Shown here piece after piece: positions 19,168 to 28,481 of a stretch of DNA of 64,000 nt (positions within the stretch are counted from its first letter, which is position 1; every line of letters begins with the position of its first letter). Made by a program: the position numbers and the translations under genes. The notes under the pieces were generated by a model. That model searched no databases, had not been told where the DNA came from, and was given only the letters and a program-made list of their open reading frames with translations. Source of the stretch: Minisyncoccota bacterium (GTDB lineage Bacteria > Patescibacteriota > Minisyncoccia > UBA6257 > GWB1-50-10); the NCBI GenBank assembly GCA_041917695.1, contig JAYRXE010000033.1, forward strand, positions 38,490 to 102,489, read 5' to 3'.

Positions 19168-19407
19168 TCAGACACGCCAGTGTTTTGAATTCTGGTTGTG
19201 GAATTTGTAGTCCACCACCTGATTCGCGAGTCCCTTGTCTCGCGTCACGTCCAGGTAGCGGTAAGTCTTTCCTTCGAGCGTCGAGGGCGTGCCGAGTTGG
19301 TAGCGGACTCGGTAATAGACCTCCGTCTGGCTGATTCGTCCATTTTCGGAGGCAATCTCGACGGTTGAATCCAATTCGATTTCAGGCAGTTGATACATGT
19401 TAGCCAA
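19168..19407 (-). CDS. Small hypothetical protein
   Basis: 79-aa ORF. Followed by the GC-rich hairpin CCCGGCGGGA-ccatga-TCCCGCCGGG at 19128-19153, a possible terminator. Confidence 0.3.
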   Translation of the reverse strand: MANMYQLPEIELDSTVEIASENGRISQTEVYYRVRYQLGTPSTLEGKTYRYLDVTRDKGLANQVVDYKFHNQNSKHWRV

Positions 19408-19623
19408 TCCTTTCCTTTAGTGAAAAGCACGTTTCTTTTTTGCCGAACGAGGTCAGGAATTGCACCGGACGCAGCCCATCGCCCCCGGCTCGACCAATCC
19501 GGGCCGATCAAACACGTCGCCACATTCGAGGCACTCCCAACTGTGACCAGTCGCCTCATCCGTCGATTTCGGGTCCTCGGGAAAGGCAGCCTCAATTTTC
19601 AGTGAATCAGCCGCTTCCTATTC

Positions 19624-22600
19624 CTACTGTCCATCCCAGTCGCCTGTCACGGGAGTATCCGTGTCTACCCCGTAGAAAAATTGGATGTCGGCGAAGCCGC
19701 TCGTGTTTGAGTTTCGCAGAAACCACTGGTTTCCGCGCACGATTCCGATAGTGTCGATGCCGTCGGCATTCCAGTCACCGACAACCGGGCGGTCGCCGGC
19801 CTGCCCGTAGAAGAACTCGAAATCGGCAATCCCGGTTGTGTTGCTGTTGCGGATATAGACGAATCCGTTCGTCGGACGATAGGCACCAATGGTGTCAATT
19901 CCATCTCCGTTCCAGTCACCCACGATGAAAATGTCACTTGCCAATCCATAATTGAACTGGATGTCCGCATTGCCTGCGGTGTTCGTGTTACGAAGAAACA
20001 CACCGTTGCCCCGGACAATCCCGATGGTGTCAATCCCGTCACCGTCCCAGTCTCCCGCAATCGGAATATCTCCTGGAATACCGAAAGGGAATTGGATATC
20101 GGCAAATCCGGACGAGTTGGAGTTTCGAAGGAAGAACGTGCCGTTCCGGTAAATGCCAATGGTGTCGATCCCGTCACCATCCCAGTCACCAGCTATCGGA
20201 ATATCACTGGCTTGACCATAGAAAAACTGGTTGTTGGCAAATCCGGTGTCGTTGGAGTTGCGAAGGTATACAAAGCCATTTGATGGTCGAAACTGCCCCG
20301 GCGTTGAAGCAGATCGAGCCGTTTGATTGAAGGTTATCGTCTGACCGGCAACCGTGATTGTTCCCGTTCTGGCCGCGCCGGTGTTTCTTGCCAACTGAAC
20401 ATTCACATCCAAGGTCGGTCCACCCGGTAAGATGGTAATCCAGGAAGGACCACCCGAAACCAATACAGGGCAACCGCTGGTTGTCGTGACATTGATCTTT
20501 CGCTTTCCACCCTTCCAAGTCACCTGAAAACTCGTCGGCGCAACGACGAATTGGCATCCGGGCTGGGTAACGGTAAAGGTTTGACCAGCGATGGTCAGTG
20601 TACCCGTCCGATCCGGACCGAGGTTTGATGCCACAAGGTAACCGACTGTTCCATTGCCGGTTCCGGTTGCGCCTGACGTAATCGTAATGAATGAGTCATT
20701 ACTTACCGCCGTCCACGGGCACGCCGAGTCCGATGCCGTCACCGCCACGGTTCCCGTTCCGCCCGCCGCCGCGATGGTCGTGCTGGTCGGGTTGATTGAG
20801 TAGGTACACCCATTCGACTGCGTCACCGTGAAGGTCTGACCGGCGATGGTTACTGTTCCGACCCGCTGGATACCAGTGTTTGCCGCAACCGTGTACCCGA
20901 CCGACCCGTTACCGGTCCCGGTTGCGCCCGAGGTGATGGTAATGAAGCTGTTGTTGCTCACCGCCGTCCACGGACACGCCGTATCAGACGCCGTCACCGC
21001 CACGGTTCCCGTTCCGCCCGCTGCCGCGATGGTCGTGCTGGTCGGATTGATCGAGTAGGTACACCCGTTTGACTGGGTCACCGTGAACGTCTGACCGGCG
21101 ATGGTTACTGTTCCCGTCCGCTGGATGCCAGTGTTGGCCGCAACCGTGTACCCGACCGACCCGTTGCCGGTCCCGGTCGCGCCGGAAGTGATGGTAATGA
21201 AGGAGTTGTTGCTCACCGCCGTCCACGGACAGGCCGTGTCAGAAGCTGTCACCGCAACCGTTCCTGTTCCACCCGCCGCCGCGATGGTCGTGCTCGTTGG
21301 ATTGATCGAGTAGGTACAGCCGTTTGCTTGAGTAACCGTGAAGGTCTGACCAGCGATGGTTACTGTTCCCGTCCGCTCGATGCTGGTATTAGCGGACACC
21401 GAATAGCCGACCGTGCCATTGCCGGTTCCGGTTGCTCCGGATGTAATCGTAATCCAGGAAGTATTGCTCGTCGCCGTCCATGCACAACCGGCATTGGACG
21501 CCATGACGGTAACGGTCCCGCTCGCTCCGGACGAACCGACTGTCGAACTGGTGGGATTGATTGAGAACGAGCAGTTATCCAGGTTAAGGCCAAGGCTGTA
21601 ACTGTTTCGAGTGTCATTGAAGAGCAGCACCCGAAGGTAAAATGTGTTGGTCCCGGATGTATTCAGGAAGCTGATGTTTTCGGTGTTGGACGTGCCGTTG
21701 GATACCGCCACGGGTGTGGATTCACCATTTCGGTACAGTTCCAGGTCGATATCGCCCCAAACATGAGTGAAATTCGCGGTAGCGTTGACCGTCTGGCCCG
21801 GACCGGCGCTGATCGAATACCAATCTTCGTTATTCTCCTTCACGATCAGATTCGACGCCGTCACGCTGACGACGGGAGAAGCGGTTGCGCGCGTGTCGTT
21901 CGGCTCGAAGCCATCATCCGACCCGCCCGCGAGATTGGCGGTAATCAGCGGGGCGAAATCGGAAAAACGACCGAAATTGTCGGTTTGCAGGTTGGCCGGC
22001 TGACCGCAGGCGGAACTTCCACACCCGGTCAGCACACCCGTCAGGAAATTTGTACCGTTCACGGTGATGAACAATCCGGCTCCGTCCGAACCGGGTTCGG
22101 CTACACCTTCCGTCCATGTCACCTGATAGGCGTTGCTTACCCCGGTCGCCGGACAGGACTGATTTTGCGCCGTAATGCTGCCGGTCGACCGCCGGAGATA
22201 GGATTCGATTTGATTTCCGGCGGCAGGGAAGCCCGTACCCGGATGGTGGAGACTGAAAACTGCCCCCCCGGTCGATTGGGCATTGGTATTCCATCCCGAG
22301 TAAAACAAATTGCGCGGAATGACGCCGAGAATTTCGAGGAGCGTTTGATCCGATCCCGCGCTCGTTTGAAGAATTGACGCACCTGTTGGCGAGACAAATA
22401 TCCCGCTTTGGAGTGTATTCGAGTTGCAGGCAATCGACTGGTAAAACCAGAAAGCCTGAACCGTCTGGGCCTCGGCGGCAGTGCCGACACAATGATTCGC
22501 GGTCAGAACATAGGGTGATTTGTCTGTGTTCGTCGTTGCCAACACTGTCCCGCTACATGCAAACGTTTGTCCGCCACTCGTGAAAATAATCCGGGCCACG

Positions 22601-23333
22601 GAATTTTTCTCGGGCTGCTGGGTTCCGCATCGTGCGTCCACTTCGCATGCGCCGACGGTATTCAGACCGGACAATGGGTTCTCAATCAAGTGAGAAACTT
22701 CCGATACCGTGAAGTCCGATCCCTTCATATCTCTCCAATCGGAATCATCCCAGACTCTTTCAATCACGACCGTGTCACCAAGGGTTACATCGGACCAGAA
22801 TTCGCCATTTCCGAAAGGTCCGCTGCCGGTAATCTCTGTCTTTGAATCCGCTATTGACCCATCCAGCCCATAAATGAAAAGTGACTCTCCATCAGCCAGG
22901 TGCATCCCTTCGATGTGGATTCTAAGTCCCACGGCCTTGGGGGAACGCAGTACCAGTGCATCAATTTGCCGGCTCCCTTTAAGTACCGTTCTGAAAGAAC
23001 CATTGGTCTGGAGACCAATCTTTCGTCCAATTCCGATCTGGTTCGGCCTGATTGATTCAGAAACGGAAAGATCGCCGAGGTCTTGTGCCAGACTTCTCAA
23101 AAAACTGTCTGAGAACAACAACCTGAGACTCGGTTCAACAATCGGGCGCTTGGTTTGTTCCCCGGATTCCCCGGTCTTTTCGAACCCCTTTTGTTGCCCC
23201 GGATCATTTTGTCCCTTTGGCGTCGTTCCGGCTGCCCGAACTGATTGAGGGCTGGCCCCAAAATAGCTTCCGCATGTCAAAATCGAACAGAACATTAAAA
23301 AAGCCCAAAAACCTCGGGTCTTGATTTTTATCA
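19624..23333 (-). CDS. Large secreted trypsin-like (S1) serine peptidase with pre-peptidase C-terminal (PPC) domain, four BACON/Ig-like repeats and six FG-GAP repeats
   Basis: Signal peptide [22 protein letters not shown]1 His motif [12 protein letters not shown] domain [16 protein letters not shown]...NNEDWYSI. Four ~85-aa repeats [28 protein letters not shown]...[16 protein letters not shown]. Six [19 protein letters not shown] repeats. Confidence 0.65.
20590..21610. repeat. Four tandem ~255-bp near-identical coding repeats inside the protease gene
   Basis: Antisense ORFs 20846-21058 and 21101-21313 are almost identical at exactly 255-bp offset. The protein shows four 85-aa repeats. Confidence 0.8.
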
Positions 23334-23505
23334 TGAGATTCCAGCTAAAAGCCCTGAAGGCTTCCCCTTCCTGATATTTGGAACAAACACCTGATTGCGA
23401 GTCGGATGAATCACTGAGCTTAACCCAACAGCTTTCCAAGGGCATTGCATAATTGCAAAACGCCGCTTCAAAAGGCAAAAAAGGGTACAACCGAAAATTT
23501 TCTTT

Positions 23506-24399
23506 TTAGTCGGATACCTTCTTCCGCCGAATCCGTTTCCGGGTCGAGCTGCTTTCGCGAGGCTCGATCCCGAAATTCGGGTTATCCCGATATCCGTCGG
23601 TCATGGATTGAAACCAACCGAGAAAATCGTCGAAATCCTCCCCGTCCGTAACGTCCAGAGGCATCACCTGAAGGTGACCGTGCCGCGCGAAATAAATGCC
23701 TGCATGGGTGATTTGCGGCTTGTCCATTTGAATGGAGCGGAGCAATGAGTAGCCTACGAGTTGTATCCAGTAATCGGTTTTGAATTGGAACTCCTTGGTG
23801 GTTTTGAAGTCCACCAGGAGATTTTTGTTGTTGGCAAAGCCGACGATGAGATCGGCATCTGCCCCTTTGACGAGTCTCGAAGCCTTTCCGAATTGAGGGT
23901 TCAGTTCAAGTCTCACGGCGCCTCTGAACATTCTCGGGTCGAAAACTCTCCCAATGGCCGACACGTCCTCAATCACCTTCTCTGAAACGTAGGGGACGCC
24001 TCCCAGTCCCTCTCCGACCCGATAAATCGGGTCAATTCGGGCCAGGTGACACATCGACTTGACGAATTCAGGCGACAGGCGTCCATCCAGAAGAAACTGG
24101 CGGTGTGCGTTTCGTCCCCGGTCGAGATACCCAAGCAGCATGTTTTGAAAGAGGGGCGGGGCTTTGGCGATGGCCAATTCCGCAATCCAGGTGTTGCGAT
24201 GAATTTCACAGATATTCGAGTACACCCGTTCGAGGATCGCCCGGAGAACGTAATCCGCTGCCGTTCCCGTCAATCCGTACTCGGTTGTAAGACTCGGTGC
24301 CGCCAACTGTTTCTCCTCCATCGTGGTGGAGGGAAGGGGATACCGCTCGATGAGAGATTTGGCGATGGCCGGGATTTTCAGGAAGAGAGTGAGTGACAT
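23506..24399 (-). CDS. Hypothetical protein with a PD-(D/E)xK nuclease-like motif
   Basis: GADADLIVGFANNKNLLVDFKTTK fits D-x(n)-(D/E)xK. Confidence 0.3.
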   Translation of the reverse strand: MSLTLFLKIPAIAKSLIERYPLPSTTMEEKQLAAPSLTTEYGLTGTAADYVLRAILERVYSNICEIHRNTWIAELAIAKAPPLFQNMLLGYLDRGRNAHRQFLLDGRLSPEFVKSMCHLARIDPIYRVGEGLGGVPYVSEKVIEDVSAIGRVFDPRMFRGAVRLELNPQFGKASRLVKGADADLIVGFANNKNLLVDFKTTKEFQFKTDYWIQLVGYSLLRSIQMDKPQITHAGIYFARHGHLQVMPLDVTDGEDFDDFLGWFQSMTDGYRDNPNFGIEPRESSSTRKRIRRKKVSD

Positions 24400-24934
24400 C
24401 GGAGTGCCTGGAAAGACTGCAAAACTTCAGAACCCTTTAATTGGGGTTTTAACCGTCTTTAACCCCTGAAATCGTCCCGATGACCGGATTCTTTGAAAAC
24501 TTCGCCCCAAAACCATTTCAACTGGGTCCCCGCTACCTTTAGGTGACGGTTCATGGTCTGAAAAAAAAGCCGGCCACCCACTCCGTTGGCTGTTTTTCAA
24601 TTTGAAGAATCAGATTCAACGTTCTACGGGGTATTTGATTTTCGCGGATGGTTGCTTTCGACCGAGGTGGGTGATCGTGACTTTGCCAGAATATTGAATC
24701 CGTCCTTCGATAAAATTTCCGGCGTCAATTTTCAGTGGACGTTCAGCTTGGAAAATTTCAATCGCCCTAAAAATTAGAGAAAAATTTCACCCGGTTCCGA
24801 CCGAGTTTTCCACAGACCGGTATAACAAAACTTTCCCCTATACAGTTCATGTAACCATGAGTAGTAAATAGGTTAAGAGGATAGGGGACTGGATTTTTAC
24901 CTTAAAAGGTTTTTTGTCAGTAGTTTACAGGTGC

Positions 24935-25415
24935 GGGTCCGTAACCGTGCGCCCTAGTCGGGTCGTTTTTCGACGGGTCCGTAACCGTGCGCCCTAGTGT
25001 TTTTCCACAGTTTTTTTGGGTCCGTAACCGTGCGCCCCGTAGTCCGTAACCGTGCGCCCCGTAGTCCGTAACCGTGCGCCCTATAGTGTAAATATTTTTC
25101 GAGTCCGATATTTTGAAAAAACCTGTGGATCCTTGCCGGATTTCTCCAGCCTGATCCGGGTCCGTAACCGTGCGCCCTAGTATTTTGGCTGGGTCCGTAA
25201 CCGTGCGCCCCAGTATTTTTCCACAGGTAGAGTGGGTCCGTAACCGTGCGCCCCAGTATTTTTCCACAGCCATTTCGGCCCTTTTCAAGGGAGTTTCAGG
25301 TTTAAGGTGTGATAGGTCCGTAACCGTGCGCCCTAGTTCTTTGAGGTGGTTTTCACGGGGTCATTTTCTGACGCTTGTGTTTATTTACGGTTAGGTCCGT
25401 AACCGTGCGCCCTAG
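24935..25415. repeat. Iteron array: ten direct copies of a 22-23-bp repeat with an internal AT-rich unwinding stretch (candidate oriV)
   Basis: (G/A)GGTCCGTAACCGTGCGCCC(T/C)(A)G repeated 10 times with spacers of 2-90 bp. AT-rich block GTGTAAATATTTTTCGAGTCCGATATTTTGAAAAAA at ~25085-25125. The last copy overlaps the stop of the Rep-like gene. Confidence 0.8.
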
Positions 25416-26506
25416 TCCTTAGCTTCACTAACTTCCGGTACTTTCGTTTGCTTGGCATGACTCTGCACGGCGTCGCGAACCAAGGTCATTGAGGGATGAA
25501 GCTCAAAAATCACGTTTTCCAGTTTTTGAGCCGTTCCTTTTTTCTTCTCCCATTTTCGCAACGTTTTGAAAGAGAGGAGGATTCTGGCATCAACCAACTC
25601 TTGGAGGCTTTTCTCGACTTTGGGTATATATGTCCGGAACGGACTGTTTGTGTCGAGGCCGAAATCCTCGATGATACGCAGGATCGAGATCCTGTAAGGT
25701 TCTTTTAAATTTGCTTGTAAGTACATATGAGCCAGTCGTTTATACATCGCTCGCGCAATTGCCGTTTTGAGATTTAAGGTTTTTTCGTAGTCGAGAAGTC
25801 GTAGGGAACCAAGTTGAATTGCTTTGGTGATCAGGTCGTTGAAACGCACCAGGACTGCGGTCGAATTTTCGTCAGTCTCGTTCTCATGGATTTCAATACG
25901 CTCGATATATCCCTGTTCCACGATTTGTTTTGAATCGAGGGTCTCGATGTGAAGTTTTGACCTGCTCAGAATGAAAAGCGCTTCCCGGATCTGGCTGTAT
26001 TTGTATGTGTGTCCTTGATTTGCGAGGACTTGCTGTAGTTGATACAGGTTGAAAATAACCCCGGACTGGTCCGGCAACAGGATGCCTTTCCCCTCCGTTG
26101 CCAACTTTCTCAAGCCAAGTTCGACGAATTCTTCGCGCTCACTCGGGTAGTAATGTCGAAACTTTCCGCCGCCCTCTACGACATAAGCCGGGTGTATCTG
26201 AAGCACCAATTCTTGATCTCGAAACCGAAATCGCCTTTCCAGTGGAAGCAGATAGGTATCGAGTTGTCGCTTAACGTTTCCGAAGACCCATCGGGGGGAT
26301 TGATCAAGCATTTCAATCGAGGCGGTATACCGATGACGGTCACGCTCACCGGCCATTTCTGTCAGCAGGGGATCGAAAAGGCGCAGTTGTCCTTTTTCGG
26401 CGGCTTCTTTCAGTTCTTTATCGCGTTTTGACATGGAGGTCCCGTCCGTCTCTTCCGCACTGCGAAGAACTTGGAGTTTGGGATTCAGCAGGGGTTTCGT
26501 TTTCAT
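25412..26506 (-). CDS. repA: Plasmid-type replication initiator (RepA-like) candidate
   Basis: 364-aa basic protein immediately adjacent to the iteron array. No enzymatic motif. Assignment is mainly by context. Confidence 0.5.
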   Translation of the reverse strand: MKTKPLLNPKLQVLRSAEETDGTSMSKRDKELKEAAEKGQLRLFDPLLTEMAGERDRHRYTASIEMLDQSPRWVFGNVKRQLDTYLLPLERRFRFRDQELVLQIHPAYVVEGGGKFRHYYPSEREEFVELGLRKLATEGKGILLPDQSGVIFNLYQLQQVLANQGHTYKYSQIREALFILSRSKLHIETLDSKQIVEQGYIERIEIHENETDENSTAVLVRFNDLITKAIQLGSLRLLDYEKTLNLKTAIARAMYKRLAHMYLQANLKEPYRISILRIIEDFGLDTNSPFRTYIPKVEKSLQELVDARILLSFKTLRKWEKKKGTAQKLENVIFELHPSMTLVRDAVQSHAKQTKVPEVSEAKD

Positions 26507-26628
26507 GGTGACGGCTTCTCGGCTTTATAACGCAGGACTTGATTTATCCGGCTGTTTTTTTCTTAAACTCAATGCACAAAATAATGTGCAGTCGGCTCTA
26601 TTCGCAAAACCGATTTCCTACAATCGGG

Positions 26629-26891
26629 ACATGCGAAACAAGACACTCGCAAGAACGCTCGGTCGCCTGATTCGAGAGCTTCGGACGGATGCCGGCTACT
26701 CAAGCCAGGAGTCCTTTGCCATCGAGATCGGCATTCATCGCAACGAAGTCAGTCTCATCGAACGTGGCCAAACCGCTGTTTCATTCGAGATACTCGTGAA
26801 AATTTGCGAGATCGCCCACGTCTCGATTTCCGATTTCTGCCGGAAACTCGAAGATAACTTGCCACCCTCTCGGCGGCTTCGACTTCGGTAG
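26629..26891 (+). CDS. XRE/Cro-type helix-turn-helix transcriptional regulator
   Basis: LIRELRTDAGYSSQESFAIEIGIHRNEVSLIERGQTAVSFEILVKICE is a typical HTH_3. Confidence 0.7.
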
Positions 26892-26937
26892 TTCGGCAAA
26901 GTTCAGGGTCACGGTCATTGCCGAATGCTTCTGGGCC

Positions 26938-27120
26938 TCACCGATGAAGCGTCAATTTTCCGATAATCGCGCGGGACAGTTTGTCGTCGATGTAGCCGGA
27001 AAGGGAGTCGAAGGTTTGTTGCCCGATGGGGATCTCCGAGTAGTAAAACAAGGCCATCACGGGAACGAAGTAAATGACGAACAGAAGAAACAGGGTCAGG
27101 ACGATACGTGAACGTTGCAT
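26938..27120 (-). CDS. Small membrane protein expressed from a consensus sigma-54 promoter
   Basis: 60 aa with one TM helix VLTLFLLFVIYFVPVMALFYY. GAGGAG RBS. A perfect -24/-12 element lies 35 bp upstream. Confidence 0.35.
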   Translation of the reverse strand: MQRSRIVLTLFLLFVIYFVPVMALFYYSEIPIGQQTFDSLSGYIDDKLSRAIIGKLTLHR

Positions 27121-27157
27121 TTGGCGTGCTCCTCAAAAAAAGGTATGCACTCCTTAT

Positions 27158-27173
27158 TGCAACCCTCGTGCCA
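27158..27173 (-). promoter_or_regulatory. Sigma-54 (-24/-12) promoter, perfect consensus
   Basis: Minus strand TGGCACGAGGGTTGCA equals TGGCACG-N4-TTGCA. Two repeat-family sites lie 50-110 bp upstream. Confidence 0.6.
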
Positions 27174-27224
27174 TAATCCGCTAAAAATCAAACTGTTGAA
27201 AATAAATGGTTTATTCGTTTTCTA

Positions 27225-27272
27225 TTACTGTCAAAAAGGACAGTAATTCAATAACTGACAAAAAGGTCACTT
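27225..27272. promoter_or_regulatory. Two copies of the AACTGNC-N6-GNCA(C/G) repeat family, a candidate enhancer site for the sigma-54 activator and/or terminator hairpins
   Basis: ACTGTCaaaaagGACAGT (6-bp stem) and AACTGACaaaaagGTCAC. The second overlaps the TGA stop of the 27267 gene. Confidence 0.5.
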
Positions 27273-28478
27273 ATTCTTCAGAACGATTTCTATGAAATCT
27301 TCAAGCGGCTCGCCACTGAAAGCCTCCCATACAAGTACCCGCCGATTGGAATAGACCTGACGTAACCGTCGAATCACGTTTTGCTTTACTTCCCGAATCT
27401 CCGGCTCCGGGGACGAGTCGACACCAATCAGGGTGTTCATGGAAGGGATTGCAAAATCTGGCCGAAGGCCCCACCGGTCATCAAAGAGGCATTTTACGAA
27501 GCCGATGCCTGTTTCGCGAAGTTTCAGGGCCAGAGATCGTTCCCCGGTATTTTCTATCGGCATTGGCCAATCGTTTGCGACGATCATCTGAAGAGCGCAT
27601 TTCTTCCAGATTGGCAGTGCGAATTGCTGGTCGTCGAAATCGTTGCGCGCGCCAACGCCGAACAAGAGCCAGGGGCCCACGGTTCCGATGCGTCCGATGC
27701 TGGTCGGCTCAAATGTCGCGCGGTAGGGTTTGTACCTGGGGTTTAGTTCCACAGTCGGGGAAGGGAAGAAGTACGCTGTTCCTTCCGCGGGGCTGTTCAT
27801 CATCTCGGCAAACAACCAGCATTCCGGGGGTAAGTCGATTCTGGTCCACGTCTTCAACCGGTCGTTCAATCCTCGCATTCCGCCCGAGTACAGCTTGAGC
27901 GGAACCCATGAAAAATCGGCCATCGACTGAGATGTTCTGGGGATCCGAATTTTTCTGAGAATTTCCTGAAAGGGATTCCAGAATTCCGAATGGGCCTGCT
28001 TTCCGGTCGGGGTGATCGTTGGTTCAAACGTTCCCCACCCTGCTTCAACGGCCATTCGGTGAAGGGTCGAGAACATCAATTTATTCTTGATGGAATCAAC
28101 CGCGGTCCGTCCTTCGCCGTCACCATCTCCGGTTGCCTCCGGTTTCACCCGGAGAAGGAGTCCGTAGGGGGCTGGCTGGTATGGGTTTTTCCCTCCGCGA
28201 TATTTCCCCGGCTGAATTTCAAAGGTGCAGATCTCGCATTGAATTTCGTCGTCGAAGTCCTGTTTCGGATTTCGCCTCAAAAAGTGAAGATTCTTGCGTT
28301 CGACGACATGAAGGATGCGTCCGCATCGGCAAGAAATCAGTTGTCCGGCCAAGCGGATCTCACCCATCCACTCCTGGGAAATAGGCCAATCCGGATGTTT
28401 CTCGACGAACGCTATTTCTTCCTCGGAGAGAGGACGAATCGCGGCGCTATCCTCGGAACGAAGGAAAGGATCGGGCAT
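27267..28478 (-). CDS. Hypothetical protein with a Cys cluster; last gene of the transfer cluster
   Basis: 403 aa. CRCGRILHV...CEICTF suggests a zinc ribbon. No other motif. Confidence 0.4.
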   Translation of the reverse strand: MPDPFLRSEDSAAIRPLSEEEIAFVEKHPDWPISQEWMGEIRLAGQLISCRCGRILHVVERKNLHFLRRNPKQDFDDEIQCEICTFEIQPGKYRGGKNPYQPAPYGLLLRVKPEATGDGDGEGRTAVDSIKNKLMFSTLHRMAVEAGWGTFEPTITPTGKQAHSEFWNPFQEILRKIRIPRTSQSMADFSWVPLKLYSGGMRGLNDRLKTWTRIDLPPECWLFAEMMNSPAEGTAYFFPSPTVELNPRYKPYRATFEPTSIGRIGTVGPWLLFGVGARNDFDDQQFALPIWKKCALQMIVANDWPMPIENTGERSLALKLRETGIGFVKCLFDDRWGLRPDFAIPSMNTLIGVDSSPEPEIREVKQNVIRRLRQVYSNRRVLVWEAFSGEPLEDFIEIVLKNK

Positions 28479-28481
28479 GGC

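Noticed and set aside
20846-21313. Two identical 70-aa plus-strand ORFs
   Set aside because: They are antisense artefacts produced by the 255-bp tandem repeats in the protease gene.
24917-25288. 123-aa ORF with repeated GRTVTDP peptide
   Set aside because: It is a translation artefact of the iteron repeats.
24935-25415. Direct-repeat array that superficially resembles a CRISPR
   Set aside because: The repeats are only 22-23 bp and the spacers range from 2 to ~90 bp. Several repeats abut one another, no cas genes are present, and the array adjoins a Rep-like gene. Iterons fit better.
27228-27243. CTGT-N8-ACAG at ACTGTCAAAAAGGACAGT, which matches the gammaproteobacterial LexA box form
   Set aside because: It is one of six members of the repeat family associated with the sigma-54 promoters, and the host does not look gammaproteobacterial. 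An SOS box is not excluded but is less parsimonious.
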